The notes beneath the pieces were generated by a model. It saw only the letters and a list, made by a program, of their open reading frames with translations, had not been told where the DNA came from and made no database searches. 64,000 nucleotides of DNA from the human T2T-CHM13v2.0 reference genome, Homo sapiens, in the NCBI RefSeq assembly GCF_009914755.1, contig NC_060934.1. One strand, given 5' to 3'. Made by a program: the position numbers and the translations under genes. Below, piece after piece: positions 1 through 18,004 of this stretch. Each line of letters starts with the position of its first letter. Position 1 is the first letter of the stretch.

Positions 1-181
1 AGTTATTCATGTACTCTGATAATCTTTTTAAATTTCTGTGGTATCAGTTCTTATGTCTCCTTTTTCATATCTGATTATGTTTACTTGGATTTTTTTTTGG
101 TTAGTCTAGATAGTGATTTATCAATTTTTAAAAATCTTTTCAGGGAACTGAGTTTTCATTTGGTTGATCCATTGTATTATT

Positions 182-791
182 ATTATTATTTCTTTTTGAA
201 ATTATACTTTAAGTTCTGGGATACATGTGCAGAACGTGCAGTTTTGTTACGTAGGTATACATGTGCCATGGTGGTTTGCTGCACCCATCAACCCGTCATC
301 TACATTAGGTATTTCTGCTAATGCTATCCATCCCCAAGCCCCCCACCCCTCAACAGGCCCCAGTGTGTGATGTTCCCCTCCCAGTGTCCATGTTTTCTCA
401 TTGTTCAACTCCCACTTATGAGTGAGAACATGCAGTGTTTGGTTTTCTGCTCCTGTGTTAGTTTGCTGAGAATGGTGGTTTCCAGCTTTATCCATGTCCC
501 TGCAAAAGACATGAACTCATCCTTTTTATGTCTGCATAGTATTCCATGGTGTATATGTGCCACATTTTCTTTATCCAGTCTATCATTGATGGGCATTTGG
601 GTTTGTTCCTAGTCTTTGCTATTGTGAATAGTGCCGCAATAAACATACATGTGCATGTGTCTTTATAGTAGAATGATTTATAATCCTTTAGGTATATACC
701 CAGTAATGGGATTGCTGGATCAAATGGTATTTCTGGTTCTAGATCCTTGAGGAGTCACCACACTGTCTTCCACAATGGTTGAACTAATTTA
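182..791 (-). mobile_element. L1PA (L1PA7/8-like) 3' fragment
   Basis: Canonical antisense L1PA 3'UTR with T-rich tail; TSD cattgtattatt at 170-181 and 792-803. Confidence 0.9.
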
Positions 792-2030
792 CATTGTATT
801 ATTTTTAAGTCTCAATTTCATTTAGTTCTGCTCTTATCTTTGTTATTTCTTTTCTTCTGCTAGTTTTGGGTTTGGTTTGTTCTTGTGTTTCTAGATCCTT
901 CAGGAGCAACGTTGGGTTGTTAACTTGTGATATTTATATTTATTTGATGTAGGCATTTAATGTTAACTTCTCTCTTAGCACTGCTTTTGCTGTATTCAAG
1001 AGGTTTTGGTATATTGTATCTCCATTTTCACTTGTTTCAGAAAATTTTTAAATTTCCATCTTAATTTCGTTATTGACCCAAATATCATTCAGGAGCATGT
1101 TGTTTAATTTCCATGTATTTGTATAGTTTCAAGAATTCCTCTTGGAATTGATTTCTAGTTTTATTCTTTGTGGTCTGAGAAGACACTTGATAAGATTTTG
1201 ATTTTATAAAATTTATCAGGATTTGTTTTGTGGCCTATTATATGGTCTGTCTTGGAGAATGTTCCATGTGCTGATGAGAAGAATGTTTATTCTGAAGATC
1301 TTGAATAGAATTTACTATAGATACCCATTAAGTTTATTTGTTCTAGCATGTCATTTAAGTCCGTTGTTTCTCTGTTGACTTTTTGTCTCAAAGATCTTTT
1401 GAGTGTTATCAGTGGTCTATTGAAGTCCTACTATTATTGTTTTGCTATCTTATGATGCTAGGAGCTCCAGTGTTTGGTACATATAAATTTAGGATTGTAA
1501 TATCTGCTTGTTGAATTGATCTTTTTATCATTATGTACTGACCATCATTGTCTTTTTTTCTTTTTACTGTTGTTGCTTTGAAGTATTTTGTCTGATACAA
1601 GAATAGCTACTCTTGCTCACTTTTGGTTTCCATTTGTGTACAATACCTTTTTAATTCCCTTTTCCTTGAGTTTATATGAATCCTTCTATGTTAGGTAAGT
1701 CTATTGAAGACAGCAGAGATTTGGGTTGTGATTTTTTATCCATTCTGAATATTTTAAGTGGATCATTTAGGCCATTTACATTCAATGTTAATATTAAGAT
1801 GTGAGGTACTGTTTTCTTCATCATGTTAATTGTTACCTGATTTTTTAAATTGTGTTTTTATTTTATAGGCCTGTGAGTTTTCAGCTTTCAAGAAATTATA
1901 TTTCAGTGCATATTGTGCTTTTGTTTCAAGGTTTAGAATTCCTTTAATATTTCTTATAGGGCTGATTTGGTAGTGACAAATTTCCTCAGCATTTGTCTGA
2001 AAATGACTTTATTTCTTCTTCATTTATAAA

Positions 2031-2150
2031 ACTTAGTTTTGCAGGATACAAAACTCTTGGCTGACAGTTATTCTGTTTAAGGAGATTGAAACTTAGTTTT
2101 GCAGGATACAGTATTCTTGGTTGACAGTTATTCTGTTTAAGGATGTTGAA
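2031..2150. repeat. 60-bp tandem duplication inside L1 ORF1
   Basis: 2031-2090 and 2091-2150 align with 6 mismatches. Confidence 0.9.
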
Positions 2151-3719
2151 GATAGTTTCCCAATCCCTTCTGGCTAATATGGTTTCTGCTGAGAAATCTG
2201 CTGTTAGTCTGATAGTTTTTTTCTTTTTAGGTTACCTCATGCTTTTGTCTTACTGCTTTTAGATTTCTTCTAACTGCCCAGTGAAGTTGCCACATTCCAG
2301 GCTGCTGATGGGGCATGTCTGCAAGGTGATATGACCTGTCCTCAAGTTTTCCAGTAGTGGGTACCAGCACCAGCTTTAATGGGGGTGGCAGGAGAGTCAC
2401 ATAGACTCTGTGAAAGTACTTGGTTATTGATAGCCTCAGTGTGTTGGCTTTTTTGAACACCAGTTAAGAGTAGTAATGAACTGGTCCCACAGGCAGACTA
2501 AGGACCTCCTGGTTAGCAGAGTGGTGCAGGCAGTAGTGATAGCTGAGATCATGCAGCTATTTTCTTCTTCTTGGGTGCAGTGCTATTCTGCCAGGAGATA
2601 CTGTAGTGGATTGTCTTGGCTGGCCTCCAGCCAGATGGCAGTGCTTCCAACTGTGGGAGTAGTAGTGGAATTTTTGCTTGCCTTATGTTGTCCAGGGTGG
2701 GGTACTCTGATTTCATAGGCAATGGGCAGGGCCATGTAGCTTTCAAGAGATTCTATCCTTTGTGTTAAGCCAGGATGTGTGGCAGGGCAAAGCCAGGTGG
2801 GAACTGGGTCTGGTGGGTTTGTACTCTGAGTCTCCCTGTGCAGGGCAAGCAGCAACCCCTGTGGGTGTTGGGGAATGGGAGTGGTCTCAGACCACTGGGT
2901 TGATGTTCCACAGGGGAGCATTGCTGCCTCTGCTATGCAGAAGAGTTTGTGCAGGGAGTGGGGAGTAGCAGGCAGTGGTAAGCCCCACATAGTTCCCACT
3001 CATTTGGTGAGGCAGATCCACTCCCACAGTGTTCCACTGACAGCAGAAAGCTGAGTCCCAGTCAGCCTGTAATCAGAACTCACAGCTACTGGGAGTCATA
3101 AACTTTCCCCAGGGAAATAGCAACCATGGCTTTTAGGCCACACTCCTCCCTGTTCACTGCAAAGCTAGGCACCCAGCTCTTGAATCCACAGCTACAACAC
3201 TCAGGACTCCTGTACTCAAAGTCTGCTTTTCACTCTCCCCAACCATGGCCCTAGCCAAGAGAGTTTGTGTTATATTGTGAAACCGTGTTGGGAGCTTCTT
3301 TCAACCTGTGACCAACACCTGAACTTTTTGACTGTCGTCTGCAGGGTCCCCTGTTAAGATCAGTAAGGAATGGCTGCCCTTGGTCCACACTGGAATCTGG
3401 GAGTGCATGCAAGGATCATGCTGCTCCTACTTTTATATTCCATTATCCTCCCCAAGTCAGTTCCTGCACTGGGTGAGATTAGGGCCTTCCCTGGTGATAT
3501 GGACTTTCAGGATCCCTGGTGGGGGTGTGTATGCCAGAGGCAACCTTCCGACCTCTCACATTCTGGGGACTGGGAGCCCTTCACCTGACTCGCAGTGTAG
3601 GCTGCAGCCTTTTGCTTCTTTCAAAGGGTCCATAGATTCCTTTGGTTTTCCTGTTCAGGTTCGGCATCACTTCTTGAAAAAAAGTTCACAGTGTCAATCT
3701 CATTATCCCATCTTCTCCT

Positions 3720-5411
3720 GATCTCCAGGGTTTCTGCTGAGAAATCAACTGAAAGTTGTATTAAGACTTCATTAATTTTGATATGTTTCTTTTCTCTTGC
3801 TACTTTTAATATTCTGTCCTTAACTTGTTAATTTGATTATGATGTGCCTTGGTGATTACATTTTGGCTTGAATTTGACTGGTGACCTGAGCTTCCTATAC
3901 CTGGATGCTGTTTTCTGTCACCATGTTTGGGATAATTTCAGTTACTATTTCCTTAAATATGCTTGCTAGGCCTTTTTCTCTCTTCTATCATTTAGCAACT
4001 CCTATTATGCTGAGGTTAGCTTATTTGATGTTGTCTCGTAATTCTGATAGGCCTTCTTCATTGTTTTTTATTCACTTTTCTTTTTGCTCCTCTAATTGTA
4101 TAATTTCATATGTTCTGTCTTTGAGTTCACTGATTTTTTTTCCTGTTTAAGTCTGCTGTTAAGCTTTTTTTGAATTTTTTATTCAATTTACATATTCTTT
4201 ATTTTGAGAGTTTCTCTTTGGTCTTAAAAAATTGTTTCTATTTCTTGGTTAAATTTCTAATTTTGTTCCTGAATTGTTTTCCAAATTTCATTTAGTTTTC
4301 TATCTGTATTTTTTTGTAATTCCTTTAACTTTTAAAAGTAGATTATTCTGAATTATCAGCCATTTTATAGATCTTCAATTTTTCTGAGTCCATTACTGAA
4401 GGTTTTTTTGCTCTTTTTTGGTGGTGTCATATTTTCCTGAGTTTTTACAAGTCTTGATTTTTATGTTGATGCCTGCACATTGAGCTTTTGCAGGTGTTTT
4501 TGATAGTGTTAGGTCTTTATTGCTTAATACTAGAACTTAATTACTGGTCTGCTCTTGCTTCTGAGTCTGGGGAAGACTTATAGTGAGAACTGGAAATTAA
4601 ATGGTGCACTGGAAATAAATCACTGCCCTGTTGTTTTCAAGTCTGTGGAAGACTTATAGTGAGCCCTGTAACTTAAACACTGCTCTAGAACTATGTTGCT
4701 GCCCTGCCATTGTTCTTCAATCAATTACAAAAACTATTAATATAAATAGTTTTTATTTTTAAGTGAGCACCAGAACTTAATTGCCAAACATGTTGATGTT
4801 TCCAGATCAAGAGGAGGCTTCACATGAATATGTGGATTTTGTGGGAAATCCAGCCAGGAATTTGGTCCTTCCTGTGGATTGTGTCTTCTTCAGCACTATG
4901 GGCCATCCACTTTACTCAATGTGGTATCTTCACTGATTGGAGCACAGAACACCTACAAAAATTCACATGCCAGTCGATGCAATTAGAACCTTCCCCTTTT
5001 TTTTTTTTTAACCACAGTTCATCCCAGGTGGTTCAGTCCTCCCTGCACTTTAAATGTTCCATGGGACAGGACTGGAGTGAGCTTCCTGTGAAGATTCTAT
5101 AACCAGCTGGGAGACTGAACATTCACCTCCAATTTCCTCCTCCCACACTGGGAACCATGTGTCTAGGGAAATTCTGTGAGTGGTGTTAGCCCTGCTTGCA
5201 GGAGGGGGTGACACCCTTAAAAGTGATTATTCCTCTTACCAGCATCAGATTTTCTTGATTCTGTGTGTCCAGGAAGTTTCTCCACTACTCCCTTGAGTTT
5301 TGGTGAATTCAGGATGGTATTCTTGTCTTTGAATAATTTCTAGTTGTATTTTTTTTCTAGGGGAAGTGATGCTGGGAGATCTTCTAGTCTGCCATCTTGC
5401 TTACATCACTC
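3720..5411 (-). mobile_element. Old L1M ORF1 plus 5'UTR
   Basis: Antisense ORF1-like sequence; ends in gccatcttgcttacatcactc, the reverse complement of the L1 start ...caagatggc. Confidence 0.7.
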
Positions 5412-6509
5412 TGTGATTTTCCTGGTTATTTATCTTTTAGGTTTATTTGTGATTGTTGCAGTTTCTGTGCTGGCTTCTCATGCTGGTTGGATTATTATTA
5501 ATTTTTGAATGGGAACTTCTAAATAATAAAGTGGTTAGTGGAATGTATATGTGTGGTAGATTGATGGAGGATGAGATTTTGTGGGAAATGGATAGATTCT
5601 GTCCAGGTTTGGTATCATATTATTAAATCTTTTGTTGTTGTTGTTAAAGAAGCTATTGCAACTCACATATGTGTCTTTTGTCTGTTGCAGTTTTGCGCTA
5701 TCTTCCTCCCTCTGTTTTTAGCCATTTTTACTGTCAGCATTCCTAACTTCTATTAGGAATCTCTGTCTCAAGCAATAGAAATGGTCCATCAGTGTGGTTT
5801 CTTCTTCAACTCTCCTTTCTTAGGACCCTAAATATGATTACTGCTATAAAGGCATATTAGGCATGCCTTTCAGTGATGACACTTTGGAGGAAAACCTGTG
5901 TACTGTTATAGGTTCAAGACAGCATGACTATTATCTCTTAGTATTCTCCAAAGCCTTGTGCCAGATTTCATGACAGTACTTTTAGTATCAGAGGGCTATG
6001 GAAATTTTCTTACTTATTTTCTTTTGTTTCTGGGAGTTTTATAGGAAAAGTGAGGGCAAAGGGGAGCTTTATTCTGCCATCTTCTTAAGGATATAAAAAT
6101 AGAAAATAACCAGAGACTTTGCAAGATTACTGTATGACTTTCTGACGTTGAGTACTTTGAAGATTACTAAGAGCACAAGTTTAAATACCTATAGTAACTA
6201 TCTGTTTTTAGAAAAAAACCGTAATGCTCTAGATCTCCAAAGTGATTTGGTGAGGAATAAACCTATATACTATATAATCCAAAATTGCTTTTCCATGGTC
6301 CTAGATCATAGAGAGATACATTGGTGGGTAAATTATCATATTTTCGAAGGAAATATACCAGTGATTGGCCCTTAAATTGCACCCATATATTAGAATTAAT
6401 CCCTTTCTAAAGACAGATAATTTTTTTGTAGTACTAGCTGAAGATTTGTCCTTCACACATGAATATATGTCTTAAACTATCTGCAAATATTTTGAAATTT
6501 TGAAAATTA

Positions 6510-6998
6510 TCATGCTGCTATAAAGACACATGCACACGTATATTTATCGCGGCATTATTCACAATAGCAAAGACTTGGAACCAACCCAAATGTCCAACAA
6601 TGATAGACTGGATTAAGAAAATGTGGCACATATACACCATGGAATACTATGCAGCCATAAAAAATGATGAGTTCATGTCCTTTGTAGGGACATGGATGAA
6701 ATTGGAAATCATCATTCTCAGTAAACTATCGCAAGAACAAAAAACCAAACACCGCATATTCTCACTCATAGGTGGGAATTGAACAATGAGATCACATGGA
6801 CACAGGAAGGGGAATATCACACTCTGGGGACTGTGGTGGGGTGGGGGAATGGGGGAGGGATAGCATTGGGAGATATACCTAATGCTAGATGACGAGTTAG
6901 TGGGTGCAGCGCACCAGCATGGCACATGTATACATATGTAACTAACCTGCACAATGTGCACATGTACCCTAAAACTTAAAGTATAATAAAAAAAAAAT
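6510..6998 (+). mobile_element. Young L1PA2-like 3' fragment
   Basis: ORF2 C-terminus intact (MIDWIKKMW...SLIGGN); 3'UTR has GAG at the diagnostic site (gatgacgagttag); poly(A) tail. Confidence 0.9.
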
Positions 6999-7209
6999 CT
7001 AGATTTCTAGCTTCTTTGGGGAATTTAGAACACCTGAGAATATCTGTCATGCATTTGTAGTGGTAAGAATAATGGTTTTTTTTTTAATAGAACAGGTACT
7101 TCTCTATTTTACCTTGCTCTTTATGCTATCCCTATCATCACCAGGCTCATTACACTCATATAACATACTCAGTCTCAGTAGACATTTGGGTTTATTAGTT
7201 GGAGAACAG

Positions 7210-7415
7210 ATTTTGGAAACTAGAAGAATCAATTCATTCCAGGTTTTTATACTTAATAACTATGTGGCCTTCCACAATATGCATAATATCAATAAGTTCT
7301 ATTTCCCTCATCTGTTAAATGGAGATAAAATACTTATTTTCTTCAATTATTATAATGATTAAATGAGATAATACTTCAAAAGTACTTAGTATAATCGATG
7401 GCATATAGTAGCTAT
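7210..7415 (+). mobile_element. MIR fragment
   Basis: MIR core cctcatctgttaaatggagataa...aaatgagataa...ggcatatagtag. Confidence 0.6.
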
Positions 7416-7573
7416 TTTGTATGAATTTGAAATTATTTAACATATTTGTATTCAATTGAATAATTAGTATGTTAAATTGCAAAGTAAATAAGGTTAGATG
7501 ATTAGATGATTGGGAGGTAAAATATCTGTAATTAGTACTATGTACTATACTTCTGCCTCAAACAAAATGTTAG

Positions 7574-9628
<2,055 letters not shown>

Positions 9629-9662
9629 ACAAAATGTTAGTTTTTTAAATCAACTACTTTGA

Positions 9663-9836
<174 letters not shown>

Positions 9837-10662
9837 TAAAATATTTCAACTGTATAGTTCTGTTAAAAAACAGGAAATTCAAAGAAGGAGTAGTCTTTCT
9901 CAACTTAAGTTCATTCTACTCAATCAATCTACATGTCAATTAAGTGTATCTTTAAATTTCGTGTTTTTACTCCATCAGACAACATTAATTTTGTAATGTT
10001 TCATATATTTCCCTTTACCTACTCATGAAACAAAATACATATAGGCTTTCCACTACTGTGAATTTTCATAAGATAAACTAGATGATATGTGAACAGTTCC
10101 TTGAGGACATAGTTGTAATTTCTTATACCATCTTTTGTATAACAAGATGGAAAGACAAATGGAACTAGTACCATATAGGCAATATGGCTGCCTTGTGATG
10201 TGCTTATTATTAAATTTGCAATGTCAAATGGTGACAAAGATCATCAGAATGTGGAAGAAGCTAGAATATGTGTGAAAGGTAGTGGTAGTGTGGTTAAGTG
10301 ACTATTTTCTAATAAGATAAAACCAAAGTGTTCTGTGGTAGCTTTTGAATCACTCCTTAAAGGCATCAGGCAAACACGAACAAAATGGCAAACTGAAAAC
10401 ATCCAAACTCTCATTCCCTGACAGAAACGTTGAAAAAAGTTAGAATAATCTATCAGAACCAACTTTGTGAGAGCTTCAGAAAATAGTCACAGATTTATAG
10501 AAACCAAGAGAATACCTAATTAGGAAAAGTCTCTCTTCAAATGGTAAGAAAGTTTTGTGAAACTGTCAAAGGAGTGCTCCAGCAAAAGCCAGTATGAAAA
10601 GAATATGAAAAACTCCTGGCAATCACAGCATTACTAGTAGGCCCGCCCTGTTAAAACTTCTA

Positions 10663-10953
10663 GGCTGGGCGCAGTGGCTCACGCCTGTAATCCAAGCACT
10701 TCGGGAGGCTAGGCAGGTAGATCACGAGGTCAGGAAATCAAGACCATCCTGGCCAACATGGTGAAACCCCGTCTCTACAAAAATACAAAAAATTAGACAG
10801 GCATGGTGGTACACGCCTATAGTCCCAGCTACTCAGGAGGCTGAGGCAGGGGAATCACTGAAACCGAAGATGAGGAGGTTTCAGTGAGCCGAGATCACGC
10901 CACTGCACTCCAGCCTGGCTACAGAGCAAGACACCGTCAAACAAACAAAAAAA
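10663..10953 (+). mobile_element. AluS
   Basis: Dimeric Alu consensus with A-rich tail. Confidence 0.95.
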
Positions 10954-12920
10954 CCCAGAATTCTCCAGGTTAAAATGAAGGAATGCTAGACAGTAACTTC
11001 AACCATATGAGGAAATAAAGATCTCTGGCAAAGATAAGTCCATGGGCAAATATAAAAGCCATTATTATTATAATTTTGGTTTGTAACTCTGCTCTTTGTA
11101 TCTATAATACTCAAAAGACAAATATATAAAAATAATTACAAATTTATGTTATGGACACACAATATATAAAGACATGATTTGTGATGTTAATGACAGGGAT
11201 AAGTTAGAGGGTGCTGCATAAGAGTATACTTTTTGGATGGATTGAAGTTGAGTTGGTGTCAATTCAAATTAAACTGTTATAACTTTAAGATGTTATATAT
11301 TATTTGCTTGGTAATCACAAAGAAAATATCTATGGTGCATGCATGAAGAAAAGAGAAAGGAATCAAAACATGTGCCTACAAAAAGTCAACTAAACACAAA
11401 AAAGATGGAATTAGAGGAAATGAAGAGCAAAAAGGTATAACATACAAAAAACAGGTATCAAAATGGCAGAAATGTCTTTCCTTATCAGTAATTATTTTAA
11501 ATGCAAATTGATAAAACTCTTCACACAAAAGGCAGAAATTTGCAGAATGAATTTTTTTTAAAAAATGATCAACTACATGCTGCTTACAAAAGATGCACTT
11601 TAGATGAACAAAAATGACAAAACTTTAGCTAGATTGACTAGAGAAAAATAATAAAGTTGCTAAAAATCAAAACAGAAAGTGGGAACATTACAACCAATTT
11701 TAAAAGAATAAAAAGCATTGCAAGAGAACACTGTGAACAACTGTACACCAAAAAAACTGGATAACCTAGAGGAAATGAACAAATTGTTAGAAATATACAA
11801 TCTACCAGAACTGACTTATGAAGAAATATCTAAATAGACCCCTAATTAAGATGAATACTGAATCCTAATTAAAATTTTCCAACAAAGAAAAATCCAGGAC
11901 CAGACGACTTTATGGGTGAATATTACCAAATATTTAAAGAAGAATTAAAACTAATCCTTCTCAAATTCTTTCAAAAAACTGAAGAGGAGGGAATACTTCC
12001 TAACTCATTCTATGAGGACAGCATTATCTTGATACTAAAGTCAGAAATGCTATAAGAAAGCAAATGACAGACCAATATCCCTTATGAATAATGATGCAAA
12101 ATCCTCAACAAAATATTAGTAAATAAAATTTAGTAGCATACAAAAAATTATACATCATGAATTTATGAGTTTTATTTCTCAAATGCAAGGATAATTCAAT
12201 AGACAAAAGTCAATCAGTGTGATATACCATGTTAGCATAATTAACAACAACAAAAAACCCCACTGGATCCTCTCAGTTGATGCAGACAAAGCATTTGACC
12301 AAATTCAATACCCTTTCACGTAAAAACAGTAAACAAGCTAGGAATAGAGCACTTCCACATCATGATAAAAAGCCAAATACAAAAAATCCACAACTAACAT
12401 CATATTCAATGGTAAAAGATTAAAAATGTTTTCCTTAAGATCAGGAGCAATACAAGGACACCTGTTTAGATAACTTCTAGTCAAAATAGTATTCAAAATC
12501 TATCTGGACCAGTTAGAATAGAAGACAGGTAGATGATAGATAGTTAACATCCAAACTGGAAAGGAAGAAATAAAATTATCTGCCAAGAGGTGACATTATC
12601 TTATATGAAGAAAACCCTAATGATTCCACAAAACAACTGTTAGATACAATAAACAAATTTAGCAAAGTTGCAGGATACAAAATGAACACACAAAAATTGG
12701 TTACATTATCTATGCACTGGTAGTGAGCTATCTGAAAAGAATTAAGAAAACAGTTCCATTTACAATGGCATCAAAAGAACAAAATATTTAGGAATAAATT
12801 TAACCAAGAAGGCAAAAGGCAAAAGACTTGTATACTGAAAACTACCATATAATGCTGAAAACAATTAAGAAGACATAAATAAATGGAAAGACATCTCATG
12901 TTCATGGATTAGAAGATAAC

Positions 12921-13328
<408 letters not shown>

Positions 13329-14911
13329 TTATTGTTGCAAAATAGAAAACCCTATCTTAAAAATCATAGGAATACAAGGGACCACACATATCCAAAACAA
13401 TTTTGAAAAAGGAGAATAAATTTGGAAGTCTCACACTTCCTGATTTCAAAACTTACTATAAAGCTACAGTAATCAAAAGAGTGATATACTGGCATAAAGC
13501 AGACATACAGACCAATGGGGATAGAATTGAGAGACTGGAATTAAATCCTTGCTATGTGGTCAAATAACTTTCAGCAAAGTTGCCAATACCATTTACTGGT
13601 AAGAAGGCAGTCTTTCCACAAACGGTGCTTTCACAAAAAGACAGTCTTTTCCACAAACCAGATAGTCACGTCAAAAGAATGAAGTTGAATCCTTACCTTA
13701 CATTATATACAAAAATTAAAATGGACCAAATACCTACATATAAGACCTAAAACCATTAAAACTCTGAGAGAAAAACAGGGAAAAGCCTTCATGACATTGA
13801 AGTTAGCAATTATTTTTTGGGTATGACTCCCAAAGCACAGACAACAAAAGAAAAAAATAGGTAAGTTGGACTTCATCAAAATTAAAAACTTTTGTCATCA
13901 AAAGACAGTGTCAGAGAGTGAAAGCACAACCCAGAGAGTGGGAGAAAATATTTGCAAATTACATATCTGATAAGGGCTTAATGTCTAGAATATACAAGGA
14001 AGTTTTATAAATTAACAAAAAACTCAACTCCATTTAAAAATGGGCAAGTGATTTGAATAGACATTTTTCCAGAGGAGATATACAAGTTGCTAATTTGCCC
14101 TAAAAAAGATACTTAGCATCATTGGCCATTAGAGAAATGCAAACCAAAATCACAATAAGATATCACTTCATAGCCATTAAGATGACTCTCATTATAAAAA
14201 CAGAAAATAAGGAATGTTGGCAAGGATGTAGACAAATAGGAACTTTTGTAAATTGTTCATGGGAATGTAAAACTGTCACTGCTGTGGAAAACAGTTTGGT
14301 TGTTTATCAAAAAGTTAAACATGGAGTTCTCATATGATCTATTTACTTCAAGGTGTAGGTGTAGACCCAAAAGAATTGAAAACAGGTACTTGTGCACCAG
14401 CATTTATAACAGCATTATTTACATTAGCCAAAAGTTGTAAACAACCTAATCTCCATCAGCAAATGAATGCAGAAACAAAATATGGTATATACATACAATG
14501 AAATATTATTTCACTTTAAAAATGAATCATGTTCTGAAACATGCTACAAAGTGAATGAATCTTGAAATATTATGGTAAGTGAAATAAGGCAAATACAAAA
14601 GATAAATATTGTATCTTATTGTACCACTTATATGAGGTACCTACAATAAGTAGACAGAAAGTAGATCAAAGGTTCCCAAGGCCTGGCAATAGAGGCTAAT
14701 AGGGAGTTATTGCTTAATGGGTAGAGTTTGAGTTTAGAAAGGTGAAGACTTTCTGAAGATAGATGGTGGTGATGGTTGCACAACAAAGTGATTGTGGTTA
14801 ATACAATTAATCATACATTTAAAATGGTTAAAATAATAAATTTTATATTATGTATATTTACCACAATAAAAATGAAGGTATTCTGATAAAAATACAAAAA
14901 TTACAAAAGAA

Positions 14912-15730
<819 letters not shown>

Positions 15731-15734
15731 GAAA

Positions 15735-18000
15735 TTTTCAAAATGTATGAAGAACTGTGCAGAATTTATGGATCTACAAAAATTGAACATCTCTACACTA
15801 TTTTCATCTCTATCAAATATTGCAGAAAAAAACTAGTTTATGAAGGACATAAATCCTTCTGTGCTAGACATATTAAACAGATACTTATAGAACACTTCAC
15901 TCAATAAATGGAGTACACATGCAAAAATTGACTACATATTAGGCCACACATTAAGTTTCAATGAATACCAAAAAATGATTTCCACAAATCACATTTTCTA
16001 TGATGCAATAAAACAGAACTAAATGATAAAAAAGATAAAAATTCTTCTGCACAATTTAAAATCCTATTTATAAGCTGAAGAAAACATAATGGACACTAGG
16101 ATATATTTGAGACTAAATTAAATTTAAAACACTACACATAAGCACTTACAAGAGGTCCTTAAATAGGTTTTTATAAGGAAATTTAAAGGTTGCATATGAT
16201 AGAAAATAAGGAAAACTAAAAAGTTAGGATTATAAGTTCATAGCAAGAAGGTAGAAAAAGAAGATGATAAAATCTGAAAACTAAAAGTAGAAAAAAGATT
16301 AAAATAAGAGAATTATTTTTTTAAAGTAGAGGACATAGAAATAATATCAGTGGAATAAAAAGTTGATAGTTTACAAAGACTTATGCATGGAAATATAATA
16401 TATTTAGCAAATAAAGTAGAAGGCATTAATTGGGAGGATTTAGGAAAGGTGGCATTTGTAGTGGCATAGTTCTAAATTTTCTTCATCTCTCTTTATGAGT
16501 CATAGTTTGGTCTCTTACCATAATCCCATATTTCCCCAAGTTTTTGTTCATTCTTTTTTATTCTTGTTTCTTTATTTTTGTCTGAGTTGTTTCAGGGAGC
16601 TAGTCTTCGAGCTCTGAGATTCCTTCCTCAGCTTGATATATAGTGCTGTTAATACTTGTGATTAACAAGACATTAAACTTTCAACTCAGCCTTATTTCTG
16701 GGCTCAATGCAAGCCTAGCTAAGTGCTGAAGGGAGACTCTTAGGATAGAATTAACTGCAAATACTGTGAAAGGTGTTTGATGTGTGGGGGGAGTTCTTTT
16801 AATTTAAAAAGAAATGCTGACATTGGAAGAAATATCTATAAAAACAGTAACTGAACATGAGCTTTAAGTAACAGATTTCAGTGGTAACACACAGAATAAA
16901 GTAAATTTTTTGTAAAAATGATTTGCGAATACCTAAACAAATGTCTGACTGTAGCTTTCAGCAATCAAAAAGAGCAATACCTGGGGAAGGGAGAAAAGAT
17001 AATCTCTAGCATCACCCCTTTTAATATCCAAATGAACAACTTTCAATAGAAAAAAATTACAGGGCATAATAAAAAGAAGTAAGTATGGACAAATCAAAGG
17101 AGCAAAATAAATTGAGAGAAACCATTCCTGAGGAAGCTCATACAATGTACTTACTAGAGAGACTTTAAAACCACTATATAAGGCCAGGGTATGGTGGCTT
17201 ATGCCTGTGATCCTAGCACTTTGGGAGGCCAAGGCGGGTGGATCAATTGAGGCCAGGAGTTCGAGACCAGCCTGGCCAACATGGCGAAACTTCATCTCTA
17301 CTAAAAATACAAAAATTAGCCGGGCATGGTAATGCACACCTGTAATCCCAGCTATTAGGGAGGCTGAAGCAGGAGAATTGTTTCAACCCAGGGGGCAGAG
17401 ATTACAGTGAGCCAAGATCATGCTACTGCATTCCAGCCTGGGCAACAGAGTGAGACTCCATCAAAACAAACAAACAAAAAAAGAAACCACCCACTATATT
17501 AAATATCCTCAAAGAGCTAAAGGAAAACATGGACAAAGAACAAAAGGAAATCAGAAAAACTTTGTAAAAAAAGTGAAATAAAGATGATAAAAAATAAACA
17601 ATATCCTTAGTTGAAAAGTATAATAGTTGAAATAAATAATTTATAGAGAGATTCAACAGCAGATCTGAGCAGACAAAAGAAGAATCAGTGAATCTGAACA
17701 TAGGACAATTGTGATTATTAAGTCTGAGAAGCAGGAATAAAAACGAAGGAAAGGGAAGGGACCTGTGGGACACCATCGAGTGGATCAGCAACACATTATG
17801 TGGGTATCAGAAGGAGAAAAGAGAAAAGAGCAGAAGGAATTTGTGAAGAAATGATGGGTAAAAAATATCCCAAATTTGATGAAAGACATGCATCTACACA
17901 TTTAAAACTAACCAAACTCCAAGTAGAATAAACTCAGAGATCCACACCGAGACACATTGTAATTCTGTCAAAAAATTCTGTCAAAATGCAAAGACAGCCC
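15735..18000. mobile_element. Mosaic of degraded L1 fragments (old ORF2 +, ORF1 - at ~16480-16665, L1M UTR/ORF1 +)
   Basis: A-rich L1-like motifs; boundaries approximate. Confidence 0.55.
17182..17487 (+). mobile_element. Alu
   Basis: Dimer; TSD-like ccactatat on both sides. Confidence 0.95.
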
Positions 18001-18004
18001 TATG

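Larger units (their letters stand above)
1..3700 (-). mobile_element. Old L1 (L1PB/L1MA-like): ORF2 5' part, ORF1 remnant and 5'UTR, interrupted by a younger L1PA
   Basis: Antisense endonuclease-region motifs (gtgctgatgagaagaatgt), ORF1 end (aaacttagttttgcaggatac), GC-richer UTR at ~2280-3700. Boundaries approximate. Confidence 0.75.

Noticed and set aside
4520-4790. Spaced short repeats (gaagacttatagtgag, agaacttaatt) resembling a CRISPR-like array
   Set aside because: Degenerate and irregular, inside an L1 5'UTR in mammalian DNA; no associated genes.
5420-7560. Additional coding exon in semi-unique sequence
   Set aside because: No convincing acceptor/donor pair with an open frame identified by eye; cannot be fully excluded.
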